Shown here: in pieces, positions 16,950-26,097 of the stretch
How positions within the stretch are numbered: position 1 is the first letter of the stretch
How the letters are laid out: each line of letters begins with the position of its first letter
Origin: Candidatus Campbellbacteria bacterium
GTDB lineage: Bacteria; Patescibacteriota; Minisyncoccia; Phycocordibacterales; GCA-2747955
Length of the DNA: 64,000 nucleotides
Direction: 5' to 3'
NCBI GenBank assembly: GCA_002747955.1
Contig: PDQZ01000008.1
Location: forward strand, 79,425 to 143,424
Notes under the pieces: generated by a model
The model's input: only the letters and a program-made list of their open reading frames with translations
Told to the model about the DNA's origin: nothing
Databases searched by the model: none
Translations under genes and position numbers: made by a program

Positions 16950-19900
16950 ATGACTGAAAATAAAAATACAGATGATCAAAAAGATTATGATAAACTTTAT
17001 CCAAAAACACCTACTGTTTTAGATGAAAACGAGATTTTAGATTTTTGGAATCAAAATAAAATTTTTGAAAAATCAATAGAACAAAACAAAGAAAAAGAAC
17101 AATTTGTTTTTTACGATGGTCCGCCATTTGCAACAGGAACTCCGCACTACGGACACATTGTTCCTGGAACCATCAAAGACGTTTTCCCAAGATACAAATC
17201 AATGAAAGGGTATTATGTAAAAAGGCAATGGGGTTGGGACTGTCACGGAATGCCTATTGAAAACATTGTTGAAAAAAAACACAACCTAAATTCAAAAAAA
17301 GATATTGAAGAATTTGGAATCGAAAACTTCACAAAATCAGCCGCAGAATCTATTTTCACTTACAAAGATGTTTGGGAAGAAACAATCCCAAAAACAGGAC
17401 GATGGGCCGACATGACAAAACCGTATTTAACAATGTCGCCCGACTATATCGAGTCTGTTTGGTGGGCTTTTAAAGAGCTTTACGACAAAGGACTTGTCAC
17501 AAAAGATTTCAAAGCAATGCACATTTGTCCGCGTTGTGAAACAACACTTTCAAACAGAGACGTTTCAGAAGGATACAAAGATATCAAAGACCTATCTTTG
17601 ATTGCAAAATTCAAACTTGAAGACCAAAAAAACACTTTTGTTTTAGCTTGGACAACAACTCCTTGGACACTTCCAGGAAACGTGGCTTTGGCTGTGGGTT
17701 CAGATATTGATTATGTAAAAGTAAAAGACGCAGAAACTGAAGAATTTTTCATTTTTGCCAAAAACAAAAAAGAAGAATTAGAACAAAAATCTCAGAAAAC
17801 TTTTGAAGTGATCGAAGAGTTAAAAGGAAGCGATTTGATTGGACAAAAATACGTTCCACTTTTTGATTACTACGCAAAGAACAAAGATTTAAAAAACCAA
17901 GAAAACGGTTGGTTAATTTACGATGCAGATTTTGTAACAACAGAAGACGGAACAGGGATTGTTCATATTGCGCCTGCTTTCGGTGAAGACGATATGGAGC
18001 TTGGAAGACAACAAAGCCTGCCATTTGTTCAACATGTTGGAATGAACGGAAAATTCAACAAAGAAGTAACAGACTTTGCTGGTTTGAAAGTTCGAAAAAC
18101 AGACTTTCACGAAGAAGCCGATATTGAAATTATCAAATTTTTAGCAGGCAAAGGAGCACTATTTCACAAAGAAAAATACGAACACTCATATCCACACTGT
18201 TGGAGATGTAAAACTCCACTTTTAAACTATGCAGCATCGTCTTGGTTTGTAGATGTGCCACAAGTTAGAGAACAACTTGCCGAAGAAAACAAAAAAGTAG
18301 GTTGGGTTCCAGAATACGTTGGACAAAAACGTTTCCAAAACTGGCTTGAAACTGCCAGACCTTGGGCTGTTTCTCGTTCTCGATATTGGGGTTCACCAAT
18401 TCCAATTTGGCAAAACACAGAAGATCAAAACGATTTTAAAGTTATTGGTTCTTTAGAAGAGTTAAAAAACTATACACGAGGAACAAACAACTTTTTTGCT
18501 ATAAGACACGGACAATCAAAAGCAAATGTCAATGACAATTTATCATCAGAAATCGGAAAACACGGAGACGAGTTAACCGAAGAAGGTAAAAAACAAGTTT
18601 TAGAAAGAGCAAAAGAACTAAAAGAAACTGATTTTATTCAAAAAAATTCACAAGTTCAAAATTCAGACAAAATTGACATTATCATCTCATCTCCATTTGT
18701 AAGAACAAAACAATCAGCCGAAATCATCGCAGAGGAACTTGGAATTTCAAAAGATTACATTGTATATGACGAAAGAATTCAAGAAAGAGATTTTGGAAGT
18801 GCTACTGGAAAACCAAATCCGCTTTTTGACAAATGGATTGAAAATGAAGCCAAAACAGAAAACCATAAATTTGAAGGAGGTGAAAGTCACGCTGATATTG
18901 TTAAAAGAACAATGGAATTTTTGTTTGAAATTAATCAAAAATATGAAGGTAAAAATATTTTGCTTGTCACTCACTTTACACCAACTTATGTTATGGTTGC
19001 AACTTCTTTGGGTTATAACATGGAAAGAGCAAGAAAAATGCTAACACAAGAATGGAAAACAGTTCAAAACTCACAAGTTTATCCAATAAATTTTGCTCCA
19101 TATCCACACGACCAAAATTTCAAATTAGATTATCACAGACCGTATATTGATGATGTAAAATTTGTTCACGACGGTAAAAACTATGAAGTTATAACAGATG
19201 TTTTTGACACCTGGTTTGACTCAGGTTCAATGCCTTACGCTTCAAGACATTATCCTTTTGAAAACACAGATTTATTTAATCCAGAAAAAGACTTATCATA
19301 CCCGGCTGACTTTATCTCAGAAGGACTTGATCAAACTCGTGGATGGTTTTACGTTCTGATGGTTTTGGGATATATTTTGTTTGGAAAATCTCCATACAAA
19401 AATGTAGTTGTCCACGGAATGCTAATGGCCGAAGACGGAAAGAAAATGTCAAAATCTTTGCAAAACTATCCTCCAATGGAAAAAGTTTTGAACATTTATG
19501 GAGCTGATGCTTTAAGATTGTTTTTGTTAACATCTTCAATTGTAAAAGGAGATTCTCCCGGATTTTCTGAAAAAGGAGTAGACGAAATTTTGAAAAAAGT
19601 TATCATGAAGTCAAAAAACATCTTATCTTTTTACAACCTTTACAAAAACGAAGTTTCAAATAAAGAACTTGACTACAAAAAATCTCCAAATGTTTTAGAC
19701 AAATGGATTGTTAAAAAAACAGAAAATTTGGTTCAAAAAGTTACAGATGGTTTAGAATCATACAAGCTTGATGAAGCTTCAAGAGAATTTGTTTCGTTCA
19801 TTGACGACTTTTCAACTTGGTATATCAGAAGATCAAGAGACAGATACAAAGGACAAAATCAAGAAGATAAAGACTTTGCAATTTTAACAACCAAAGAAGT

Positions 19901-20618
19901 TTTGAAAACTTTTGCTAAAACAATTTCTCCATTTGCTCCATTTTTGTCAGAAGTTTTGTGGAAAGATTTGAAAAGCAACGACGACAAAATCTCTGTTTGT
20001 TTGGAATCTTGGCCTGAAATAAAAAAGAACTTAAAAGACAAAATCGTTTCAAACAAACATATTTTGGAGCAAATGCAAATGGTCCGAGACATCGTTTCAT
20101 TTGGTCTTGAAGCAAGATCAGAGGCAGGAATAAAAGTTCGACAACCTTTGCAAAAAGCACTTGCGGTAGGAGATTTTTCAGAAATTTCTAAAAATGAACA
20201 ATTTGTAGAAATTATCAAAGATGAGTTAAATGTAAAAGAACTTGTTTTTGCAGAAAACCTAGATGAGGTTCAGGAAAAATACAAAGAATTTGAAAACAAG
20301 GCTTTGGAAAACAAAGAAAGTGACAATGAAATTTTTGTATTTTTAGATACAGTTCTAAATGACGAACTTAAAGAAGAGGGAAATTTCAGAGAGTTTTTGA
20401 GACTTGTTCAAACCTTAAGAAAGAAAGAAGGTTTGCAAGTTAAAGATGAAATTGAACTTAAAATTGACGTTGACCAAAACTCAAAAGACTTTATTGAAAA
20501 AAATAAAGAAGAGCTAAAAAACACAGCGGGAGTAAAAAATATAAATTATTCTGAAATTCCAACAGGGGAAAGTGTAAAAATCAACGATATTGAACTTAAA
20601 GTAATTTTAATTAAATAA
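16950..20618 (+). CDS. ileS: isoleucyl-tRNA synthetase (type 2) with an inserted histidine-phosphatase (phosphoglycerate-mutase-like) domain
   Basis: HIGH (PHYGHIV), KMSKS, WCISRQ-like SRSRYWGSPIPIW; 1222 aa; insertion of about 200 aa with RHGQS, SSPFVRTKQSAEI, GGESHADIVKR and LLVTHF motifs. Confidence 0.9.
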   Translation: MTENKNTDDQKDYDKLYPKTPTVLDENEILDFWNQNKIFEKSIEQNKEKEQFVFYDGPPFATGTPHYGHIVPGTIKDVFPRYKSMKGYYVKRQWGWDCHGMPIENIVEKKHNLNSKKDIEEFGIENFTKSAAESIFTYKDVWEETIPKTGRWADMTKPYLTMSPDYIESVWWAFKELYDKGLVTKDFKAMHICPRCETTLSNRDVSEGYKDIKDLSLIAKFKLEDQKNTFVLAWTTTPWTLPGNVALAVGSDIDYVKVKDAETEEFFIFAKNKKEELEQKSQKTFEVIEELKGSDLIGQKYVPLFDYYAKNKDLKNQENGWLIYDADFVTTEDGTGIVHIAPAFGEDDMELGRQQSLPFVQHVGMNGKFNKEVTDFAGLKVRKTDFHEEADIEIIKFLAGKGALFHKEKYEHSYPHCWRCKTPLLNYAASSWFVDVPQVREQLAEENKKVGWVPEYVGQKRFQNWLETARPWAVSRSRYWGSPIPIWQNTEDQNDFKVIGSLEELKNYTRGTNNFFAIRHGQSKANVNDNLSSEIGKHGDELTEEGKKQVLERAKELKETDFIQKNSQVQNSDKIDIIISSPFVRTKQSAEIIAEELGISKDYIVYDERIQERDFGSATGKPNPLFDKWIENEAKTENHKFEGGESHADIVKRTMEFLFEINQKYEGKNILLVTHFTPTYVMVATSLGYNMERARKMLTQEWKTVQNSQVYPINFAPYPHDQNFKLDYHRPYIDDVKFVHDGKNYEVITDVFDTWFDSGSMPYASRHYPFENTDLFNPEKDLSYPADFISEGLDQTRGWFYVLMVLGYILFGKSPYKNVVVHGMLMAEDGKKMSKSLQNYPPMEKVLNIYGADALRLFLLTSSIVKGDSPGFSEKGVDEILKKVIMKSKNILSFYNLYKNEVSNKELDYKKSPNVLDKWIVKKTENLVQKVTDGLESYKLDEASREFVSFIDDFSTWYIRRSRDRYKGQNQEDKDFAILTTKEVLKTFAKTISPFAPFLSEVLWKDLKSNDDKISVCLESWPEIKKNLKDKIVSNKHILEQMQMVRDIVSFGLEARSEAGIKVRQPLQKALAVGDFSEISKNEQFVEIIKDELNVKELVFAENLDEVQEKYKEFENKALENKESDNEIFVFLDTVLNDELKEEGNFREFLRLVQTLRKKEGLQVKDEIELKIDVDQNSKDFIEKNKEELKNTAGVKNINYSEIPTGESVKINDIELKVILIK

Positions 20619-20622
20619 AGTT

Positions 20623-20717
20623 AAAAAGCCCAGAATTTTGGAGAATTTTTGGCGGAAAAAAAACAGGCGAAGCCTGTTTTTTTTCCGCCAAAAATTCTCC
20701 AAAATTCTGGGCTTTTT
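20623..20717. repeat. long perfect-palindrome hairpin element (family member); terminator after ileS
   Basis: aaaaagcccagaattttggagaatttttggcggaaaaaaaacaggc-gaa-gcctg...gggcttttt, about 45-bp arms. Confidence 0.7.
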
Positions 20718-20805
20718 AACCACTCAAAACTTCCAGGTTTAAATCGACTGAAAGCATTGAAAATAAAAGAAAAACAGCACATTTAAGTACTGTAATTCCT
20801 GTTTT

Positions 20806-20879
20806 GGGTGCCTACTCGGAATCGAACCGAGATTGTCGGATCCACAAACCGAAGTAATAACCGTTATACCATAGGCACC
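20806..20879 (-). tRNA. tRNA-His (anticodon GTG)
   Basis: Cloverleaf on the minus strand: extra 5-prime G(-1) pairing with discriminator C73, anticodon loop UUGUGGA, T-arm CUCGG-UUCGAUU-CCGAG; CCA not encoded. Confidence 0.8.
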
Positions 20880-20987
20880 ATTTCTACAAAAAATCTATTT
20901 TTGTTTGTGTATTATAGCATTTTTTTTATTTTTTTTAAAGTATTTTATGCTATAATTTAAGTATTAAAAATTTAATTAAATAAATAT

Positions 20988-21638
20988 ATGGAAAAAATAG
21001 ATACAACAAATATAACAAAAACAGTAGAAAATTTTGCTTCTGAAAAAACAGGTTTAAGTCCCGTGTGGATTGCTGTTATAACAGTTGCTTTGGTATTTGT
21101 AGTTTGGGTTGTTAAAGTTTACAACTCTTTGGTACAAAAAAGAATTAGAACAAAAGATGCTTGGTCTGGAATTGATATTCAAATTAAAAACAGATACGAC
21201 TTGGTTCCAAACTTGGTTAACACTGTTAAGGGTTATGCATCTCATGAAAAAGAAACTCTAGAGAGGGTTTTAGAAGCTCGTTCAAAAGCAACAGCTATAA
21301 AAATTGACGCAGCAAACGTAACAAAAGAACAAATGGCGATGTTTGCAGGTGCTCAAGGAGAACTTACAGCAGGGCTTGGAAAACTTATGGCAATAGCTGA
21401 AAACTATCCAGAACTTAAAGCAAATGAAAACTTTTTAGAATTGCAAAGAACTTTGGAAGATTTAGAAGATAAAATTGCTGCAGCAAGAAGATTTTACAAT
21501 GGAACAGTTAGCGACTATAACGAACAAGTTAAAATGTTCCCATCAAATATTATTGCAAAAATTTTCAACTTCACTCAAAGAGAATTTTTTGAAGTTGCAG
21601 AAGAGGAGAAGAAAAATCCTGAAGTTAAGTTTGATTAA
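20988..21638 (+). CDS. lemA: LemA family protein
   Basis: N-terminal TM and LemA motifs (AWSGIDIQIKNRYDLVPNLVNTVKGYASHEKETLE). Confidence 0.8.
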   Translation: MEKIDTTNITKTVENFASEKTGLSPVWIAVITVALVFVVWVVKVYNSLVQKRIRTKDAWSGIDIQIKNRYDLVPNLVNTVKGYASHEKETLERVLEARSKATAIKIDAANVTKEQMAMFAGAQGELTAGLGKLMAIAENYPELKANENFLELQRTLEDLEDKIAAARRFYNGTVSDYNEQVKMFPSNIIAKIFNFTQREFFEVAEEEKKNPEVKFD

Positions 21639-21648
21639 AAAATAAAAA

Positions 21649-22620
21649 ATGGCAGTTAACGCGTATACCGAATCTGAAAAAAATGTTCTAAAAACCTGGC
21701 TTTTAATGAGCGGGTTTTTAGTGGTTGTTATTTTACTAGGTTGGTGGCTTTCTTATTATTTGCAAAATCCAGTTATTTTGTATGTAGCAGCAATTGGGTC
21801 TGTAACTACAAATTTTATTTCTTATTTTAATTCAGATAAAATTGCTTTGGCAGTTTCTGGAGCAAAAGAAGCTGACTATAAAAACACTTTACACAGACGA
21901 GCAATCAGAGCCGTTGAAAATATGTCTATTGCCGCAGGACTTAAAAAAACTCCAAAAGTGTATATTATACAAGACGATGCGATGAATGCTTTTGCAACAG
22001 GTCGTGGCCCAGAAAAATCTTCGGTTGCTTTTACAACGGGGATTTTGGAAAAACTAAATAAACTTGAACTTGAAGGGGTGGCTGCACATGAGATTTCTCA
22101 TATTAAAAACCGAGATATTTTAGTTATGACAGTGGTGGTGACTTTGGTTGGGTTAATTTCAATGGTTACAGACTTTTTTTTGAGAACTTCAATTACCGGC
22201 TCAACTACAAGCAATAGAAATAACAACAACGCAGTTTTGGTTTTAATCGGAATTGCTTTAACGGTATTTTCTTTGATTGCAGCTTATATTATTCAATTTA
22301 CAATTTCAAGAAAAAGAGAGTATCTAGCAGACTCTTCGTCAGTTTTGTTAACAAGGTATCCTGAAGGACTTGCAAGTGCTTTGGAAAAAATTAAAAATGA
22401 AGCAAAGCCATTAAAGAGAGCTAAAAATGCAACAGCACATTTGTTTATTTCAAACCCTGATGTCGAAGCAGATAAAGATCGAAGAAAGAAAAATCCATTT
22501 GCCTTTGTCCAAAATATGTTTTCAACTCATCCACCAATTCAAAAAAGAATTGATATATTGCGAGAAATTGATCAAAAGAAAAAAAGAGTGACAAAAACTG
22601 GAAGGGCGGTAGATGTTTAA
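21649..22620 (+). CDS. htpX: HtpX-like M48 zinc metalloprotease
   Basis: HEISHIKNRD (HExxH) with flanking TM helices; usual LemA-HtpX pairing. Confidence 0.8.
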   Translation: MAVNAYTESEKNVLKTWLLMSGFLVVVILLGWWLSYYLQNPVILYVAAIGSVTTNFISYFNSDKIALAVSGAKEADYKNTLHRRAIRAVENMSIAAGLKKTPKVYIIQDDAMNAFATGRGPEKSSVAFTTGILEKLNKLELEGVAAHEISHIKNRDILVMTVVVTLVGLISMVTDFFLRTSITGSTTSNRNNNNAVLVLIGIALTVFSLIAAYIIQFTISRKREYLADSSSVLLTRYPEGLASALEKIKNEAKPLKRAKNATAHLFISNPDVEADKDRRKKNPFAFVQNMFSTHPPIQKRIDILREIDQKKKRVTKTGRAVDV

Positions 22621-22664
22621 AACAAAACAACAAAAACTTTGTTGTTTGGTTTTTGTTTAACCGG

Positions 22665-22712
22665 GCCCGAAAATTGAACCAAACTCCAAAAACACAGGTT
22701 CAATTTTCGGGC
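22665..22712. repeat. short member of the palindromic hairpin family
   Basis: gcccgaaaattgaacc-aaactccaaaaacaca-ggttcaattttcgggc; related to 43853..43891. Confidence 0.6.
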
Positions 22713-23124
22713 TTCATCACTTGCTTTTTTATTTTAAAATGATAAAACATTCTTATGGCTCTGGGTGTTATTAAAGATCAGTTCCTCCTAAATACACAAT
22801 TGATTTTAACACCCAGAGCCCACCACCTTTTTTTGAAGGAGGTTTTTTATTTGTCTTAAAAATAAGCTTAAAAATTTGACTACACTTATCCACACAAGTC
22901 AAATTTTATATTTGCCTTATTATTTTGCTATGTTATAATTATCTTTGCTCAAGCGTGCTTTGCACGTCGTCAAATTGTTAAGTGACCAGATCTATCTGGC
23001 ACGCTTGAGCAACCACCCTTCTGTTTTGAAGGCGGTTTTTTTATTTACCAACAATTTTCAAACAACCGTCAAGTTAATACTTGACAAATAAAATATATTT
23101 GTTAAAATATATTCAGAACTAAAA

Positions 23125-23477
23125 AAATTGTTTAGATTCAAAAAAGCCGGAGCGTATCCTAGCACGGTGACCAAACAATATTTTTAGTTTTAGAAAATAA
23201 GTGTGAGCTGGGAAACTTATTTTCGAAACTTCTTGCCTTGCTCTTAAGTAGTAGGCAAGAGTGAGGGCTGCAAAATGCTGCCCAATATAGGGGCTGCCGA
23301 AACGCCCCAAAAATAGGGAGCCCGCCCAAACCAATTTGGCTCCCAAAATCCCTCATCGACCTAATATGGTATTGAGGGTTGAGATTAAACACATCAATAA
23401 AATAGGTAAGACTTTAAAAATTTAATCTTACCAGGGTTTTGTCCCGGGCAATTTCAAGTGTTTTTAAGCAAGGATGC
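23125..23477 (-). ncRNA. rnpB: candidate RNase P RNA (rnpB)
   Basis: Minus strand contains GGUUUGGGCGGGCUCCCUAUU (resembles P4 5-prime strand GAAAGUCCGGGCUCCAUAG), GAGCAAGGCAAGAAG (resembles GGAGCAAGGCCAAAUAG) and near the 3-prime end AUACGCUCCGGCUUU (resembles ACAGAACCCGGCUUA). TGTTACAAT -10 upstream. No long ORF. Boundaries approximate. Confidence 0.35.
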
Positions 23478-23490
23478 TTAAGAGATTGTA

Positions 23491-23525
23491 ACAACCGTTG
23501 ATAATTATTTTATCAACGGTTTTTA
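23491..23525 (+). terminator. intrinsic terminator in the noncoding island
   Basis: aaccgttgata-attatttt-atcaacggttttt. Confidence 0.5.
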
Positions 23526-23807
23526 TTTTATTGAAATTTTATTTAGTTTACTTTTTATTTGAAAATGTTATAATTTTTATTGTTCGGGTGTGTTTTTTGT
23601 TTTTTTTCCTGCTCCTGGGTTTCTCAATAAAAAGCACGCCTGAACCTCCACCACTTTATTTTAAGTGGTTTTTTATTTTTTTAAATAAAAATTTGGAGAT
23701 ATGATTTTTTTATGTTATAATACTGAAAGTTTTTTTGTGAAAATGCTTGTAAAATAAGGGTTTTTACAAAGTTTTAGGTTAAATTTTCATTAAATTCGGA
23801 GGAAAAA

Positions 23808-24233
23808 ATGAAAAAAATTTTAGTTATGTTGCTAACTTTTTTGTTTTGTAAATTTGTATTTGCAAGCGAGGTGACTTGTCTTGCGGATACAATTTACAAT
23901 GAGGCTCGTAGCGAACCTCTTATTGGTCAAAAAGCAGTTGCAGCTGTTGTTTTCAATCGTATAAAAAGTAAAAGCGCTATTTACAAAGAAAACACAGTTT
24001 GTGCCACTGTAAAGAAAAAAGCGCAGTTTGCTTCTGGCAAGCCTGCGAAAAAAGGATTTGAAAGAGAAAAATACTATAAAATAAGAAGAAATTCTTTGAA
24101 ATGGTATTATGAGTTTGTTAACAAAAAATTTGTTGATCCAACTTATGGCTCTTTACTTTTTGCTTCACGTGGATACATTCACAAAGGCAAGAAAAAAACA
24201 GTAAAAATTGGTGGTCACCAATTTTTTAAGTAA
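23808..24233 (+). CDS. SleB-like cell wall hydrolase (Hydrolase_2 family), secreted
   Basis: signal peptide, then CLADTIYNEARSEPLIGQKAVAAVVFNRIKS...TVCATV...QF matching the SleB/Hydrolase_2 domain; GGAGG SD. Confidence 0.65.
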   Translation: MKKILVMLLTFLFCKFVFASEVTCLADTIYNEARSEPLIGQKAVAAVVFNRIKSKSAIYKENTVCATVKKKAQFASGKPAKKGFEREKYYKIRRNSLKWYYEFVNKKFVDPTYGSLLFASRGYIHKGKKKTVKIGGHQFFK

Positions 24234-24350
24234 GCATATTTCTAAGGCTTGAGCTTTTGTTCAAGCCTTTTTTGTTTTAAAATTTCGGGTAAAAATATTT
24301 TTAATAAAAAACACTTTATGATATAATGTTAAAGATTTAATAAATATAAA

Positions 24351-25937
24351 ATGAGCGATTTAATTTTAGAAAAAATAAAAAGAGAAATAGAAAATTTTTC
24401 TTTAAATACAGAAGAAAATTTACAAACAGGAATAGTGTCTTCTGTTGCAGACGGTGTTGTTGAAATCAAAGGGCTTGAAAATGCTTTTATTTCAGAAATG
24501 CTTGTATTAACAAACCAAACTGACAAAAGTTTGAAAGAGTTGATTGAAAATCAAGACGAACAATCAGTTGTGGCTTTAGTTTTGAACGTTGAAGCAGATT
24601 CTATCAAAGCTGTTGTTTTAGGACAAGATGCAAATATCAAAGAAGGTTCACAAGTTTTAAGAACAGAAAAGATTCTTTCACTTGGAGTTTCAGATGAAAT
24701 TATCGGAAGAGTTGTTGATGCGCTTGGAAAACCAATTGACGGGAAAGGAGAAATCAAAGTTGATAAAGAAATGTTTTTGGAAAGAGAAGCTTTCGGAGTT
24801 ATGGATAGAGACTCTGTAAATGAACCTTTGCAAACAGGGATCAAAGCTGTTGACTCAATGATTCCAATCGGAAGAGGACAAAGAGAGCTTATCATTGGTG
24901 ACAGACAAACTGGAAAAACAACAATCGCTATTGATACAATTTTGAACCAAATCAACGAACCGGTTGAAACAAGACCTATTTGTGTTTATGTTTCTGTAGG
25001 ACAAAAAGACTCAAAAACAGCACAAATTGTTGCAAACCTTGAGAAAAACGGAGCGATGGATTATACAGTTGTGGTTTCTGCTGGTGCGTCAGCTGAAGCT
25101 GCACTTCAGTACTTGGCTCCTTTTGCAGGAGTTGCTATTGCGGAATACTTTATGGAAAAAGGAAAAGATGTTTTGATTATTTACGATGACTTGTCAAAAC
25201 ACGCGGTTGCTTACAGGCAGATGTCTTTGATTTTAAGAAGACCTCCTGGACGTGAAGCTTATCCTGGTGATGTATTTTATTTGCACTCAAGACTTTTGGA
25301 AAGATCAGCTAAGGTAAATGAAAAACTTGGAGGAGGTTCAATTACAGCACTTCCGATTATTGAAACACAAGAAGGTGACGTATCTGCATATATTCCAACA
25401 AACGTTATTTCAATTACAGATGGGCAAATTTTCCTTGATTTAACTTTGTTTAACAAAGGAATTAAACCTGCTGTTGATGTTGGACTTTCTGTTTCTCGTG
25501 TGGGTTCTGCTGCTCAAACAAAAGCTATGAAGTCAGTTTCAGGACCTGTGAAGCTTCAACTAGCACAGTTTAGAGAACTTGAAGCTTTTGCTCAGTTTGC
25601 TTCAGATCTTGATCAAGGAACAAAAGATAAAATGGACGCATCTGCAAAAGTTGTTGAAGCTTTGAAACAAGAAAATAACTCACCACTTTCTTTTGAAAAA
25701 CAAGCAGTAGTTCTGTTTTTTGTAACAAACGCTGACTTTGTGAAAGAAATTCCAGTTTCTGAAATTCAAAGAGTAGAAAAAGAATTTTTGGAAATTTTAG
25801 AAAATGAAAAACCAGAGATTTTAAAAGATATTAAAGAAACAAAGAAAATTACAGACGAGACAAAAGAAGATTTAACAAAATTTATTTTGGATTTTGTAAA
25901 AACTTTTAAAGAAGAATATTCGACAGAAGAGAAATAA
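24351..25937 (+). CDS. atpA: F-type ATP synthase alpha subunit (solitary)
   Basis: GDRQTGKTTIAID Walker A; alpha-specific regions (PGREAYPGDVFYLHSRLLER, ITDGQIFL); no flanking atp genes. Confidence 0.9.
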   Translation: MSDLILEKIKREIENFSLNTEENLQTGIVSSVADGVVEIKGLENAFISEMLVLTNQTDKSLKELIENQDEQSVVALVLNVEADSIKAVVLGQDANIKEGSQVLRTEKILSLGVSDEIIGRVVDALGKPIDGKGEIKVDKEMFLEREAFGVMDRDSVNEPLQTGIKAVDSMIPIGRGQRELIIGDRQTGKTTIAIDTILNQINEPVETRPICVYVSVGQKDSKTAQIVANLEKNGAMDYTVVVSAGASAEAALQYLAPFAGVAIAEYFMEKGKDVLIIYDDLSKHAVAYRQMSLILRRPPGREAYPGDVFYLHSRLLERSAKVNEKLGGGSITALPIIETQEGDVSAYIPTNVISITDGQIFLDLTLFNKGIKPAVDVGLSVSRVGSAAQTKAMKSVSGPVKLQLAQFRELEAFAQFASDLDQGTKDKMDASAKVVEALKQENNSPLSFEKQAVVLFFVTNADFVKEIPVSEIQRVEKEFLEILENEKPEILKDIKETKKITDETKEDLTKFILDFVKTFKEEYSTEEK

Positions 25938-25938
25938 A

Positions 25939-26039
25939 AAACAAAGCCCAAAATTTTAGAAAAGTTTTTGGTACAAAAAAAGCAGACTTCGTCTGCTTTT
26001 TTTGTACCAAAAACTTTTCTAAAATTTTGGGCCTTGTTT
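25939..26039. repeat. long perfect-palindrome hairpin element (family member) after atpA
   Basis: aaacaaagcccaaaattttagaaaagtttttggtacaaaaaaagcagac-ttcg-gtctgc...gggccttgttt. Confidence 0.7.
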
Positions 26040-26097
26040 TTATTTTTAACTAAAATTATGTTACAATAAACACAATGTATATAGTAAATATCATCTT

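Noticed and set aside
23119-23392. Minus-strand ORFs 23119..23346 and 23159..23392 in the noncoding island
   Set aside because: They overlap each other and coincide with the RNase P RNA-like conserved blocks. Gly/Pro/Ala-rich translations arise from the GC-rich RNA helices. No start context.
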